Both the position numbers and the translations under genes were made by a program. Below, piece by piece: positions 12,686 through 22,456 of a stretch of 35,494 nucleotides of DNA. The stretch's first letter is position 1, and each line of letters opens with the position of its first letter. A model generated the notes under the pieces. The model worked only from the letters and a program-made list of their open reading frames with translations, ran no database searches and was not told where the DNA came from. Origin of the DNA: a bacterium (GTDB taxonomy: Bacteria > Patescibacteriota > Minisyncoccia > UBA6257 > GWB1-50-10); assembly GCA_021811055.1 (NCBI GenBank), contig JAJZPU010000002.1, positions 1 to 35,494 on the forward strand, in the 5' to 3' direction.

Positions 12686-15142
12686 TTAAAGCACTAAATT
12701 CAAAAGTCTCCCAGGCACGTAGATCACTCTCTTCGGATCCTTTCCGTCGAGAAATTTTTCTATACGCGGGAGCACGCGGGCGCGTTTTTCTATTTCTTCC
12801 CGTGTCATTGTCTTTGTTATTTCCATCTCATCGCGCACCTTTCCATTTACCTGTATCGCGATAACGAACGAATCTTTCTCGAGTTTCTTCGAATCGTATG
12901 CGGGCCAGGGTGCGTGGTGTATCGAATGGAAATTTCCATCCTTTTCCATAAAAAGATCCTGCCACAATTCTTCGGTAAGAAACGGCGCGAAGGGAGCGAG
13001 CAACAACAGAAGGGTTTTAAAATATTCACGCGGTATCGCTTCTTTTTTCTCGAACTCGTTCAATAAAATCATCATTGCGCTGATCGCCGTGTTGTATTGG
13101 AGCGATTCGATATCATCCGTCACTTTTTTTATCGTCTGATGTACCACCGTTTCCAGTTTCTTATCTGTTTCTTTTTCGTCCGCGAACTTCGACTCCATCC
13201 CCATTTTCCATACCCGATCGAGAAATCGCGTAATACCGAGCATTCCCTGCTCCCGAAAATCACCACCATATTCAAATGGCGCCAAGAACATAAGATATGT
13301 CCGGAATGCGTCCGCACCGAAATTTTTTACATAGTCGTCCGGGTTAATGACATTCCCCTTCGATTTCGACATCTTCGCGCCGTCTTTTATAAGAAGTCCG
13401 TGCGCTCTGAATTTCGGGAACGGCTCTTCAAATTCGAGATATCCCGCGTCGTGGAGCGCCATCGCCACGAAGCGGACGTATAAAAGATGGAGTACAGAGT
13501 GTTCTGCGCCGCCGATATACATATCGACCGGAAGCCACGCCCTCATTCGCTCTTTCATCAATTCATTGGAAATTGAAAATTGAAAATTGAAAATTTTTTG
13601 AAGATACCCGATATAGTACCACGCCGAATCAAGGAACGTATCGGACACGTCCGTTTCGCGCCGCGCATCGCCGCCGCACGCGGGACATTGTGTTTTATAA
13701 AACTCTTCGACGCTTGCAAGCGGCGACTGCCCCGTTCCTTCGGGACGAAAATTTTTCACTATCGGAAGCACGACCGGAAGCTCTTTCTCCGGCACCGCAT
13801 ACCACCCCGGCATTTCCTTTTGCTCTCCTTTTTTGAGTTCCGCGCACGATGCGCAATAGATCATCGGGATCGGCGGACCCCAATATCTCTGGCGTGAGAT
13901 GAGCCAGTCTCGCAGACGAAATTGCGTGTGTCTTTTTCCACCGACAAACTCGGTGATTTTCCATTTTGCTTCTTCGGAATCTATCCCGTCGAACGCACCG
14001 GAATTGATAAGCGCCCCATCTCCCTCGTAGAGAACACCGGCCTCCCCGCCGGAGATCACATCGACAATGGGTAGTTTAAATTTCTTCGCAAACTCAAAAT
14101 CCCGTTCGTCATGTGCCGGCACCGCCATGATAGCACCCGTGCCGTATCCCGAAAGCACATAGTCCGCTACAAATATCGGTATCTCTTCGTTGTTCGCAGG
14201 ATTTATTACCTTAATTCCCTTCAACTCAATACCGGTTTTTTCCTTATTCTCAACTCTGTCCGCATCCGATTTTTTCTTTGCTTCTTTAACGTACTTTTCA
14301 ACCTCTTCTTTATTGGAAATTGGAAATTGGAAATTGGAAATTGCGTCGTGCTCGGGAGAGACGACGAGATATGTCGCGCCGAACAGCGTATCGGGACGCG
14401 TCGTGAATACCTCAAGATACGAATCGGAATTTGAAATCTTAAATTTAACGAGAGCACCTTCCGATTTCCCTATCCAATTCCGCTGGGCGATCTTCACCTT
14501 TTCCGACCAGTCGATCGTTTCGATGTTCCGAAGGAGCTTGTCCGCATATTTCGTGATCCGGAAGAACCATTGCTCGAGATCCTTTTTTATCACTTCCGTT
14601 TTGCACCGTTCGCACCTTCCTCCCTCTACCTGCTCGTCGGCAAGCACCGTCTTGCACGACGGACACCAGTTTACGAGTTGTTTTTTTCGATATGCGAGTC
14701 CGCGCCGCCACATTTCGGTGAAAAGCCACTGTGTCCACCGGTAGTACGCGGGATCATATGTTTCAAGCCGCTCATCCCACGCAAATCCATTCCCCACGGC
14801 CTCGAGTTGTTTGTAAAATCTCTTTTCCGAAACTTCCGCCTGCTTCGCAGGATGCGTACCGACTTTCAGCGCATAATTTTCCGAATGAATACCGAATCCG
14901 TCGAGACCGATCGGCTCAAAGACGTCATATCCTCTCATCCGTCTGAATCTTCCGTAGATATCCGTTCCCGTAAACGCATACATATTTCCGACATGCAGAC
15001 CTTCCGCCGAAGGATACGGAAACATCATGAGATTATAGAATTTCTTTCTCACCGGAGCGTTCCAGTCGGGTTCGTGTGTCCTTTTTTCACGCCACGTTTG
15101 GGTGAATTTTTTCTCTATTTTCGAAAAGTCGTATTTTTTCAT
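12686..15142 (-). CDS. leuS: leucyl-tRNA synthetase
   Basis: 818 aa with the HVGN (HIGH-type) motif, the KMSKSKGN motif and the typical LeuRS blocks WISRQRYWG and GGAEHSVLHLLY. Confidence 0.95.
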   Translation of the reverse strand: MKKYDFSKIEKKFTQTWREKRTHEPDWNAPVRKKFYNLMMFPYPSAEGLHVGNMYAFTGTDIYGRFRRMRGYDVFEPIGLDGFGIHSENYALKVGTHPAKQAEVSEKRFYKQLEAVGNGFAWDERLETYDPAYYRWTQWLFTEMWRRGLAYRKKQLVNWCPSCKTVLADEQVEGGRCERCKTEVIKKDLEQWFFRITKYADKLLRNIETIDWSEKVKIAQRNWIGKSEGALVKFKISNSDSYLEVFTTRPDTLFGATYLVVSPEHDAISNFQFPISNKEEVEKYVKEAKKKSDADRVENKEKTGIELKGIKVINPANNEEIPIFVADYVLSGYGTGAIMAVPAHDERDFEFAKKFKLPIVDVISGGEAGVLYEGDGALINSGAFDGIDSEEAKWKITEFVGGKRHTQFRLRDWLISRQRYWGPPIPMIYCASCAELKKGEQKEMPGWYAVPEKELPVVLPIVKNFRPEGTGQSPLASVEEFYKTQCPACGGDARRETDVSDTFLDSAWYYIGYLQKIFNFQFSISNELMKERMRAWLPVDMYIGGAEHSVLHLLYVRFVAMALHDAGYLEFEEPFPKFRAHGLLIKDGAKMSKSKGNVINPDDYVKNFGADAFRTYLMFLAPFEYGGDFREQGMLGITRFLDRVWKMGMESKFADEKETDKKLETVVHQTIKKVTDDIESLQYNTAISAMMILLNEFEKKEAIPREYFKTLLLLLAPFAPFLTEELWQDLFMEKDGNFHSIHHAPWPAYDSKKLEKDSFVIAIQVNGKVRDEMEITKTMTREEIEKRARVLPRIEKFLDGKDPKRVIYVPGRLLNLVL
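13568..13595 (-). repeat. in-frame heptanucleotide tandem repeat inside leuS (site B)
   Basis: Plus strand ggaaatt gaaaatt gaaaatt gaaaatt. Sense-strand AATTTTC x3 plus AATTTCC. Encodes IFNFQFSISN. Confidence 0.9.
14312..14343 (-). repeat. in-frame heptanucleotide tandem repeat inside leuS (site A)
   Basis: Four perfect ggaaatt units at 14315-14342 on the plus strand. Sense-strand AATTTCC x4. Encodes ISNFQFPISN. Confidence 0.9.
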
Positions 15143-15201
15143 ATGTCCGAATATCAGTTATTGTATCTCCGAAAACGCCTTTTCTCAACGATACAGACGC
15201 T

Positions 15202-16044
15202 TTATATATCAATGGAAAATGCGCGTCTTGTATTTTCGAGAATTTGTTCGCGTATAATTTCCGGCGGCAAATCTTTTATTTCCGCAAGTTTCTTCACCAC
15301 TTCAACAACGTATGCGGGCTCATTCCTTTTCCCGCGATGTGGCACCGGCGCCACCCACGGCGCATCGGTCTCGGAAAGCAAACGGTCCGTGGGGATCGAT
15401 CGTATAACATCGGTATAATTCACGCCGTCTTTTTTCGGACGGAATGTAATAACGCCGCCGAAGGTGAAATAAAATCCCATCTCAACAAACCTCCTTGCTT
15501 CTTCGATTGTGCCACGGAATGAGTGCATTACGTGACTTCTCGCGGTTCCCCTTGCCTTAAAAATATCCGCAACGTCCCCATACGCGTCCCTGCAATGAAT
15601 CATGAGCGGTCTTTTTATCTCGTCCGCAAATTCGATCTGTTTTATAAATTCCACTTTTTGAATTTCTTTTTCCTCTTCGTTCCTACAATAAGGATAATCG
15701 AGTCCACACTCGCCAACCGCAACCACCTTTTCGCTTTCCGCAAGTTTTTTGAAAAAATCGTAATCAAACGATTCAGGTCCCTCCGTTTCATTTTGTCCCA
15801 CCACGCCAAGTTCGTCCTCGTCGTGGAACGACGCAACGGTGTGCCCGGGATAGAGCCCTATCGCCGCCCACATGTGTTCGTATTGTTCCGCGAGGGTGAC
15901 CGCCGCTAAAGAGGTGTCTTTGCGCGTACCCACAGTTATCATTCCAACTCCTTCGTCAGCGGCCCGTTTGACCATTTCATCTCTTTCGTCCCCGTACACA
16001 GGAAAATGCGCGTGGGTGTGTGCGTCAAAATATCTGAATTCCAT
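15202..16044 (-). CDS. TatD-family metal-dependent hydrolase
   Basis: The FDAHTHAHF, GECGLDY, MIHCRDA, HSF and ETDAPW motifs appear in the order expected for TatD DNases/hydrolases. Confidence 0.9.
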   Translation of the reverse strand: MEFRYFDAHTHAHFPVYGDERDEMVKRAADEGVGMITVGTRKDTSLAAVTLAEQYEHMWAAIGLYPGHTVASFHDEDELGVVGQNETEGPESFDYDFFKKLAESEKVVAVGECGLDYPYCRNEEEKEIQKVEFIKQIEFADEIKRPLMIHCRDAYGDVADIFKARGTARSHVMHSFRGTIEEARRFVEMGFYFTFGGVITFRPKKDGVNYTDVIRSIPTDRLLSETDAPWVAPVPHRGKRNEPAYVVEVVKKLAEIKDLPPEIIREQILENTRRAFSIDI

Positions 16045-16095
16045 CCCTCAATTTAAACAAAAAACGCTCCCCTTAGGAAGCGTTAATAAAAATGA

Positions 16096-16797
16096 TTATT
16101 TCCAGAATTTTTTCATCCATTCCGGAAGTTCTTTTATGGAAAGCAGTATATTTTCGGACGGTACACCGATACGAAGAAAATCCTCCTCTTTCTTTTCACC
16201 GGTCATGACCGCTATTACGTCCAATCCGGCATTCATCGCCTGCGCCACATCGATTTCCGTATCACCGACATAAATCACTTTCAATTTGTCGTACGTCGTA
16301 TCGTGTGTGTGGGCAACATAAGAAACTATCCCGCGGAATGATTCCGGATCTTTTTTCCTGTATTCTCCGGCGGGAAGATTTCCGTGCGCATCTCCCTCAA
16401 TTCCCACGACACAGGAAAAGAAATCGTCGATGAGATGAAAATTGATTATCTCCGCCACATTTTTTGTGTGTCGTGACGTGAAAAGCACCATATCGAATTT
16501 CCGCCGTTTGATATACGCCAATGTTTCCCGCGTACCTTTCATAAGACGAACGGGTTCGACGTGATCCCATACTTCCCATTGTCTATTTATTTCCTTTGCC
16601 TTCTCTTCGGAAATTTCAAGTCCTTTCACGAGCATTGGAATAACAGGGTTTCCCCATTCGGCATATACTTTTGCCTGTTTTTCCTTATTGAACGAAATTC
16701 CGTTGATTTCGCACAATACCCGCAGGCGGCGTTTTCCTTCCGGAGATGAATCAAGTACCGTACCGTCAAAATCCAGGATGATCAATCGTTTTTTCAC
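16096..16797 (-). CDS. HAD-superfamily hydrolase
   Basis: A GTG start at 16797 is preceded by GGAGG with a 4-nt spacer. LIILDFDGTVLDS is HAD motif I and YVGDTEIDVAQA is motif IV. The longer annotated ORF would overlap the metG 3' end and its terminator. Confidence 0.8.
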   Translation of the reverse strand: MKKRLIILDFDGTVLDSSPEGKRRLRVLCEINGISFNKEKQAKVYAEWGNPVIPMLVKGLEISEEKAKEINRQWEVWDHVEPVRLMKGTRETLAYIKRRKFDMVLFTSRHTKNVAEIINFHLIDDFFSCVVGIEGDAHGNLPAGEYRKKDPESFRGIVSYVAHTHDTTYDKLKVIYVGDTEIDVAQAMNAGLDVIAVMTGEKKEEDFLRIGVPSENILLSIKELPEWMKKFWK

Positions 16798-16815
16798 TCG
16801 TCCTCCTTTTGTTAT

Positions 16816-16845
16816 AAAAACTGCTCTTACGGTAGAGCAGTTTTT
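16816..16845 (-). terminator. rho-independent terminator after metG
   Basis: ctgctct-tacggt-agagcag flanked by A and T runs, 18 nt after the metG stop. Confidence 0.55.
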
Positions 16846-16862
16846 GCATGTCGTCAATTTTT

Positions 16863-18302
16863 CTACACAATTCGGGGGAAGAGCGTCGGCATGGGAACAG
16901 ATGGGTCCTCGATCACTTTCAATATTTTCTCGCTTGTTCCGGGAAGAAACGGCTCGAGCAACACAGCGATCTCCCACACGCTTTCCAAAAGCTCTTTGAC
17001 ATCCCTCTTCGCTTTTTCCGGATCTGTTTTTATCGTTTTGAACGGCTCCGTTTCCTGGATGAATTTATCGGTGATCTGGATTCGCTCCCAAATTGCGTTC
17101 ATTGCTTTCTGAAATTCATATGCATCAAGCGCCGTTTCGTATACCTCCTTTCCGTGCGCGACGATATCTTTCAACCCTATGGTCACTTCGTAATTTCGCG
17201 CCATTTTCACGACACGGCTTACGAGATTTCCGAGCCCGTTCGCGAGATTCGCATTATAACTTTCAATAAACCGCTCCCAGGTGAAATCCCCATCTTCGAA
17301 TGTCGGCATATCACGCAAAAGCCAGTAGCGCAACGCATCCGTGCCGTATTTCTCGACAACCTCGAATGGATCGACCACGTTTCCGACGCTTTTCGACATC
17401 TTCTGACCACCGCTTGTGATGTGCCCATGATACAACACCGTATCACTCGTCTTTATTCCCGCGGACATAAGCATCGCCTGCCACATAATTGATTGGAATC
17501 TCACTTGGTCCTTTCCCGCGGCCTGAACGACCGTACCGTTATTCCAAAATTCTTTATGGAGTCCCTCTTGGTCCTCCGGCCACCCAAGTGTCGAGATGTA
17601 GTTCGTGAGGGCATCAAACCACACATACATCACCTGTGCCTCATCTCCCGGCACGGGAACACCCCAAGGAAGCCTTGTTTTTTCCCGCGAGATGCTAAAA
17701 TCCTCGAGACCACTCTCGACAAATTTTATCGCCTCGCGCCGACGCCATTCGGGCGTAATCACATTTTCCTTCGAAAAATAATCGAGAAGTTTTTCCTGAT
17801 ACGCGCTCAATTTGAAAAAATAATTTTCTTCCTCAATTTCGATCGGATCCATCGCGGGATGATTCAAACACTTTCCATCCACGAGATCCGATTCCTTAAG
17901 GAACATCTCGTCGCCGACACAATAGAGTCCTTTGTATTTTTTTTTGTAGATATCCCCGCGCTCAGCGCATCGCTTCCACAGTTCTTGCGCGGCACGCATG
18001 TGATGCGCATCGGTCGTGCGAATGAAATTCGTATAGGTGAGATTCAACGCCGATTTCAAACGGTCAAATTTTGGCGCATATTCATCGGTATATGCCTGCG
18101 GATCTTTTTCTTCCTCAACCGCTTTCCTGTAAATTTTCAACCCGTGTTCGTCGGTTCCGGTGTTGAATACCACATCATACCCCTGTATCTTTTTCCATCG
18201 CGCGATCGCATCCGCCTGCACGATTTCAAGCGCAAACCCGATATGAGGCGCGGCATTCACGTAAGGGAGTGTTGTTGTGATATAAAAATTTTTTTTAATC
18301 AT
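16863..18302 (-). CDS. metG: methionyl-tRNA synthetase (short form without C-terminal tRNA-binding domain)
   Basis: Starts at MIKKNFYITTTLPYVNAAPHIGF (HIGH-type motif) and has KMSKSVGN. The ATG at 18302 lies just after the upstream gene's stop at 18307. Confidence 0.93.
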   Translation of the reverse strand: MIKKNFYITTTLPYVNAAPHIGFALEIVQADAIARWKKIQGYDVVFNTGTDEHGLKIYRKAVEEEKDPQAYTDEYAPKFDRLKSALNLTYTNFIRTTDAHHMRAAQELWKRCAERGDIYKKKYKGLYCVGDEMFLKESDLVDGKCLNHPAMDPIEIEEENYFFKLSAYQEKLLDYFSKENVITPEWRRREAIKFVESGLEDFSISREKTRLPWGVPVPGDEAQVMYVWFDALTNYISTLGWPEDQEGLHKEFWNNGTVVQAAGKDQVRFQSIMWQAMLMSAGIKTSDTVLYHGHITSGGQKMSKSVGNVVDPFEVVEKYGTDALRYWLLRDMPTFEDGDFTWERFIESYNANLANGLGNLVSRVVKMARNYEVTIGLKDIVAHGKEVYETALDAYEFQKAMNAIWERIQITDKFIQETEPFKTIKTDPEKAKRDVKELLESVWEIAVLLEPFLPGTSEKILKVIEDPSVPMPTLFPRIV

Positions 18303-18306
18303 GATG

Positions 18307-19326
18307 TTATACCAAATACGTTCTTTGATCTTTTTTCTCCGCGAGATAATCGAAAATTTCCTGCACAATCACCGCTATCGGGACCGCAAGAATGATACCG
18401 AGCAATCCCGCGATTTTTCCTCCGGCAAGAAGCGACATAATAACCACCACCGGATGTACTTTCATGCTTTTTCCCATAATGATCGGAAGAAGGAGGTGAT
18501 TTTCTATTTGTTGTACCAGAAAAAAGAAAACGATCGCATACACCCCGAGAAGGAACGAATCCGATATTGCCATGAAAAACGCGAGAATGCCGACAATGAT
18601 CGGTCCGATAATCGGGACCACTTCGAACATCGCGGCGATCACTCCCAGCACGAAACTATGACGCACCCCCAGAAGCCACAACCCCACGCCGACGATAATC
18701 CCTATAAGGATACTCAGACTCAGCTGTGCCGCCATCCACCGCCGTATTTTCATTTTGAAGCGTTCAAACACTTTAAGTACGGGTCCCTCATACCGATCCG
18801 GCAAAAGAACTCGCAGGAGACGCTCCGTTCCGTTCTTTTCAACGGAAAGATAAAATGTCGTAAGTACGGTTACCACGACAAGCATCGCGGATGTAAGAAA
18901 CCGCGTGAGCGCTTCTGCAACGGACACATCCACCGTCGAAAGATAATCGAAAAGTTTTTCCCTACTGAACGTGAACACGTCGACAAGATTGTCGGGAAAC
19001 CCTATTCCGAATATTGCCGAGGAAAAATCGTGAAATTGTTTGAGAAACGAGCTTGCCTCAACCGTAAAGATCGGGATTATAAAATATGCCGCGATACCGA
19101 ATATCGCAAACACGCCGATAAACATAATGAGTGTTCCGAGTATCCTGTTTATCCCTTTCTTTTCAAGATGGGAAACCGCAGGATCGAGTCCGAGTGAAAT
19201 GACAATTGACGCAAAAAGCACCCCCAACACCTCGCGGGCAAGGAAAATCACCCACACCATCACGCAAAAAATGAGCACTTTCCAGAGCGTGTGCCAACCT
19301 ATTTCGAGATGAAGTATGTCTTTCAT
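18307..19326 (-). CDS. AI-2E family transporter (PerM/UPF0118)
   Basis: 339 aa and polytopic. The C-terminal half, ..VVPIIGPIIVG...LVQQIENHLLLPIIMGKSMKVHPVVVIMSLL, is typical of the family. Confidence 0.85.
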   Translation of the reverse strand: MKDILHLEIGWHTLWKVLIFCVMVWVIFLAREVLGVLFASIVISLGLDPAVSHLEKKGINRILGTLIMFIGVFAIFGIAAYFIIPIFTVEASSFLKQFHDFSSAIFGIGFPDNLVDVFTFSREKLFDYLSTVDVSVAEALTRFLTSAMLVVVTVLTTFYLSVEKNGTERLLRVLLPDRYEGPVLKVFERFKMKIRRWMAAQLSLSILIGIIVGVGLWLLGVRHSFVLGVIAAMFEVVPIIGPIIVGILAFFMAISDSFLLGVYAIVFFFLVQQIENHLLLPIIMGKSMKVHPVVVIMSLLAGGKIAGLLGIILAVPIAVIVQEIFDYLAEKKDQRTYLV

Positions 19327-20594
19327 TACACTTTCAATATATCAAGAAAACTCCTCTCTTTGAAAGGGCCGATAAGCGCAAGGTTCAATCCTTCTCTCGT
19401 GACGATATCTTCCGCAACTTTTTGCACCTCTCCCGCCGTCACCTTCTTTATGCGACGCGCGGCTTCCTGCGGTGACGTGAGCTTCACATCCATAATCTCC
19501 TGACCTCCGTAAAAATAGCTGATTGCATCCGACGTCTCGACGGAAAGGAACAGATCACCAACAATGTGTTCTTTCGCTTTTTCAAGCTCTTTTTCTCCCA
19601 CTTTTTCTTTTTTGAAACGAGCAAGTTCCTCGAGTACCACCCCAATCACCGTTTCAACTTTTTTATTATCAACACCGGCACTCACACCAAGGAATCCATG
19701 ATCGGAAAAAAGATCGGGACTCGCACCGACATAGTACGCGGCGCCAAGTTCATCGCGCACGCGTTTGAAGAGCCGCGAGCTCATACCGCCACCAAGAACC
19801 TCCGCGAGCACCGAGAGCGCATACCGTCGTTTGTCGTACATATCGAACGCGCGCACTCCAAGCACAAGATGCGTCTGTTCCAATTTTTTTGTTATTATTT
19901 TTTCCCTTGGTTTTTTCTGTGCCTCGATCACTTTCAGTTTCTGCATCTTCTTTCCCCGTTTCAGTATTCCGAACTCTTCCCGCACCGCGGCAATTGCCCG
20001 CGCCGGAGTGATCCCTCCGGCGACCACGACTACGGTGGCTTCGGGAAGATAGTTTTTCGCGCGATACGAAATGAAATCTTCCTTCGTGAGTTTCAGTATG
20101 TTTTCCTTTGGTCCCGCGATATTCCATCCTGCCGGCTGATCCCCATACAAAAGTTCCATGAATACATCGCCTATTTTGTTCCGCGGCGTATCCTCGTACA
20201 TATTTATCTCCTCCGTGATCACTCCCCGTTCCACTTCGATATCTTCCCTTCTGAATGTCGGATGTAAATAGAGATCGGACACCACATCGAATGCGCCTTT
20301 AAACGCACTGTTTTTCACCTTTGCATAATAACTCGTATATTCATGGCTCGTGAACGCATTGTAATGCGCCCCCATCCCATCGAGTTCGCTTGCAATATCG
20401 ATCGGGCGCGGTCGTTTTTCCGTACCCTTGAAACACATGTGCTCAAGAAAATGAGAAAGCCCATTTATCTCTTTTGTTTCATATTTCGATCCCGCAGCGA
20501 CCAAAACCGCAACCGTCGTTGTCAAACTGTCTTCGCGGGGCACCACAAGAAGGCGCAACCCATTTTTAAACCGCACTCGTGTAATTTTTGCCAT
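19326..20594 (-). CDS. M16-family zinc peptidase (pitrilysin-like)
   Basis: GLSHFLEHMCFKGT carries the inverted zinc motif HxxEH. ATG at 20594 (MAKITRV). Its stop overlaps the downstream start by 1 nt. Confidence 0.88.
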   Translation of the reverse strand: MAKITRVRFKNGLRLLVVPREDSLTTTVAVLVAAGSKYETKEINGLSHFLEHMCFKGTEKRPRPIDIASELDGMGAHYNAFTSHEYTSYYAKVKNSAFKGAFDVVSDLYLHPTFRREDIEVERGVITEEINMYEDTPRNKIGDVFMELLYGDQPAGWNIAGPKENILKLTKEDFISYRAKNYLPEATVVVVAGGITPARAIAAVREEFGILKRGKKMQKLKVIEAQKKPREKIITKKLEQTHLVLGVRAFDMYDKRRYALSVLAEVLGGGMSSRLFKRVRDELGAAYYVGASPDLFSDHGFLGVSAGVDNKKVETVIGVVLEELARFKKEKVGEKELEKAKEHIVGDLFLSVETSDAISYFYGGQEIMDVKLTSPQEAARRIKKVTAGEVQKVAEDIVTREGLNLALIGPFKERSFLDILKV

Positions 20595-20650
20595 ACAATA
20601 TAATATTATTCTCACTTACCACAATACCTCCGAACGACGGAAAGGGCAAT

Positions 20651-20679
20651 AAAAAATCCTTGGGATAGTGGGATTTTTT
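20651..20679 (-). terminator. terminator hairpin after the RelA/SpoT-domain ORF
   Basis: aaaaaatcc-(11 nt)-ggatttttt. On the minus strand it is followed by a T-rich stretch. Confidence 0.45.
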
Positions 20680-21092
20680 TATTTTAATTCTTTTTCGGTT
20701 CTCCAATAATATTCTCCCTTCTTTTTCTTCAAGTTTTCTGAGATTTTTTCCATTTCCTCTGTTCTTAGTTGTAATTCAACTGGTATCAATTGAAAAGTTA
20801 AATCGATGTGTATTGATTGATATCCGTCTTTCCATGGTTTCGAAATATAATCCCTATATCTATTCTGAACAACTTCATAATGTTCTAAAATAAATTTTCC
20901 AAAAAATAAACAGGTCTCCTTTGAATCAAGGATCAATCTAAATCCAAAAAAATCTCTGACTCGTTTTTTTACTTTCTTTTTTCTGTAGTAGAAACTAATA
21001 GGATTGATATTTAACCTCTTTGCATCCTCAAGAATTTTATTCTCGAATGCAATTATCTCTTTTGGTTTTGTGTTATCCACAACCCGATTCAT
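20679..21092 (-). CDS. small RelA/SpoT-homologue (nucleotide pyrophosphokinase domain) protein
   Basis: 137 aa. RKKKVKKRVRDFFGFRLIL (D-x-x-G-x-R), DYISKPWKDGYQSIHIDL and VELQLRTEEME match synthetase-domain motifs of small alarmone synthetase / toxSAS-type proteins. Strongly AT-rich by eye. Confidence 0.6.
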   Translation of the reverse strand: MNRVVDNTKPKEIIAFENKILEDAKRLNINPISFYYRKKKVKKRVRDFFGFRLILDSKETCLFFGKFILEHYEVVQNRYRDYISKPWKDGYQSIHIDLTFQLIPVELQLRTEEMEKISENLKKKKGEYYWRTEKELK

Positions 21093-21104
21093 AACAAGAT
21101 ATAT

Positions 21105-22403
21105 TTATTTCATTTTTTCTGCAATAAATTTATGAATATCCGTCACCTTCACCCGCTCCTGTGTCATCAAATCACGATCGCGGATGGTTACATCGTCTTT
21201 TTCGAGACTGTCGAAATCAACGGTGATACAAAACGGCGTTCCCGCCTCATCCTGCGCGCGATAGCGTTTTCCTATGTTTCCCCGCTCATCCCATGCGACC
21301 ATCCATTCATTTTTCAGATCTCCGTAAATTTTCCGCGCGTATTCTACGAGTTGCGGCTTGTTCGCGAGAAGCGGAAACACTGCCGCCTTATACGGCGCAA
21401 GTTTCGGATGAAGCTTCAGGACCACGCGCTCGTCCTCTCCCACCTTCTCTTCCCGATACGCATCCATAAGAAAAAACAATGCCGCCCGATCCACGCCTCC
21501 CGATGTTTCGATCGTCCACGGAAGATACCGCTCTTTCGTTTCTTCGTCGAAATATGTCATATCCTGCTTCGAATATGCTTCGTGCTGTTTCACATCCCAG
21601 TCGCCCCGATGATGGATTCCTTCCATTTCTTTCCATTCGCCACCCGCATTGTATTCAATGTCGTATGCCGCGCGCGCATAGTGCGCCAGTTGATCGTGTT
21701 TTTTGAATTGCAGATTCTCCTCGCGCATGCCGAGCGAGAGATACCACTTCTTTCGTTCCTCTTTCCAATATTCGAACCACTTCATTGATTCTTCCTCGTC
21801 GGGCTTTACATAAAACTGTATTTCCATCTGTTCGAATTCGCGCGAACGAAACGTGAATCCTCCGGGCGTAATTTCGTTTCGGAACGCTTTCCCAACCTGC
21901 GCAACGCCGAAGGGAAGTTTGACGCGCGTCGACGAGATAATATTCTTGAAATTCACATGCACTCCTTGCGTGATCTCGCCGCGAAGGTATGTTTTCGTTT
22001 TTTCTCCCTCAACCACCCCGAGATATGTCTCCACCATCAAATTGAATTGTTTTGGTTCGGTAAATTCTCCGCCACAGTCGGGACACTTTGACGCATCTTC
22101 AAGCTGGTCCGCGCGAAATCGATGATGACATTTCTTGCATTCCACAAGCGGATCGGAAAACGACGCGAGATGTCCGGATGCCTCCCACACCTTCGGATTC
22201 ATAATGATTGCCGCATCGATTCCCACAATGTTATCGCGACTTTTTACCGAAAATTTCCAGAATTCTTCTTTCAGGTTTCGCTTCAGCTCAACGCCAAGCG
22301 GTCCGTAATCCCACGTACCCGCAAGTCCGCCGTAAATTTCCGATCCGGGATACACGAATCCCCGTCGTTTTGCGAGTGCCGTTATTTTTTCAAAAATATC
22401 CAT
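21105..22403 (-). CDS. glyQS: glycyl-tRNA synthetase (class II, alpha2 type)
   Basis: 432 aa. The RRGFVYPGSEIYGG, FRNEITPGGFTFRSREFEQME and GGVDRAALFFL blocks are typical of GlyQS. Confidence 0.95.
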   Translation of the reverse strand: MDIFEKITALAKRRGFVYPGSEIYGGLAGTWDYGPLGVELKRNLKEEFWKFSVKSRDNIVGIDAAIIMNPKVWEASGHLASFSDPLVECKKCHHRFRADQLEDASKCPDCGGEFTEPKQFNLMVETYLGVVEGEKTKTYLRGEITQGVHVNFKNIISSTRVKLPFGVAQVGKAFRNEITPGGFTFRSREFEQMEIQFYVKPDEEESMKWFEYWKEERKKWYLSLGMREENLQFKKHDQLAHYARAAYDIEYNAGGEWKEMEGIHHRGDWDVKQHEAYSKQDMTYFDEETKERYLPWTIETSGGVDRAALFFLMDAYREEKVGEDERVVLKLHPKLAPYKAAVFPLLANKPQLVEYARKIYGDLKNEWMVAWDERGNIGKRYRAQDEAGTPFCITVDFDSLEKDDVTIRDRDLMTQERVKVTDIHKFIAEKMK

Positions 22404-22456
22404 GATACAAAAATAGTACGCAGGAGAAGGGAAATAGTAAATAGAGAACGGTATTT

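Noticed and set aside
13568-14343. Short tandem repeats as a CRISPR array or contingency locus.
   Set aside because: The units are 7 nt long with no spacers, and they lie in-frame inside essential genes. No cas genes are present. This is not a CRISPR array.
16798-16977. N-terminal extension of the HAD hydrolase ORF.
   Set aside because: It would overlap the metG 3' end and its terminator hairpin. A GTG with a strong GGAGG site at 16797 immediately precedes HAD motif I.
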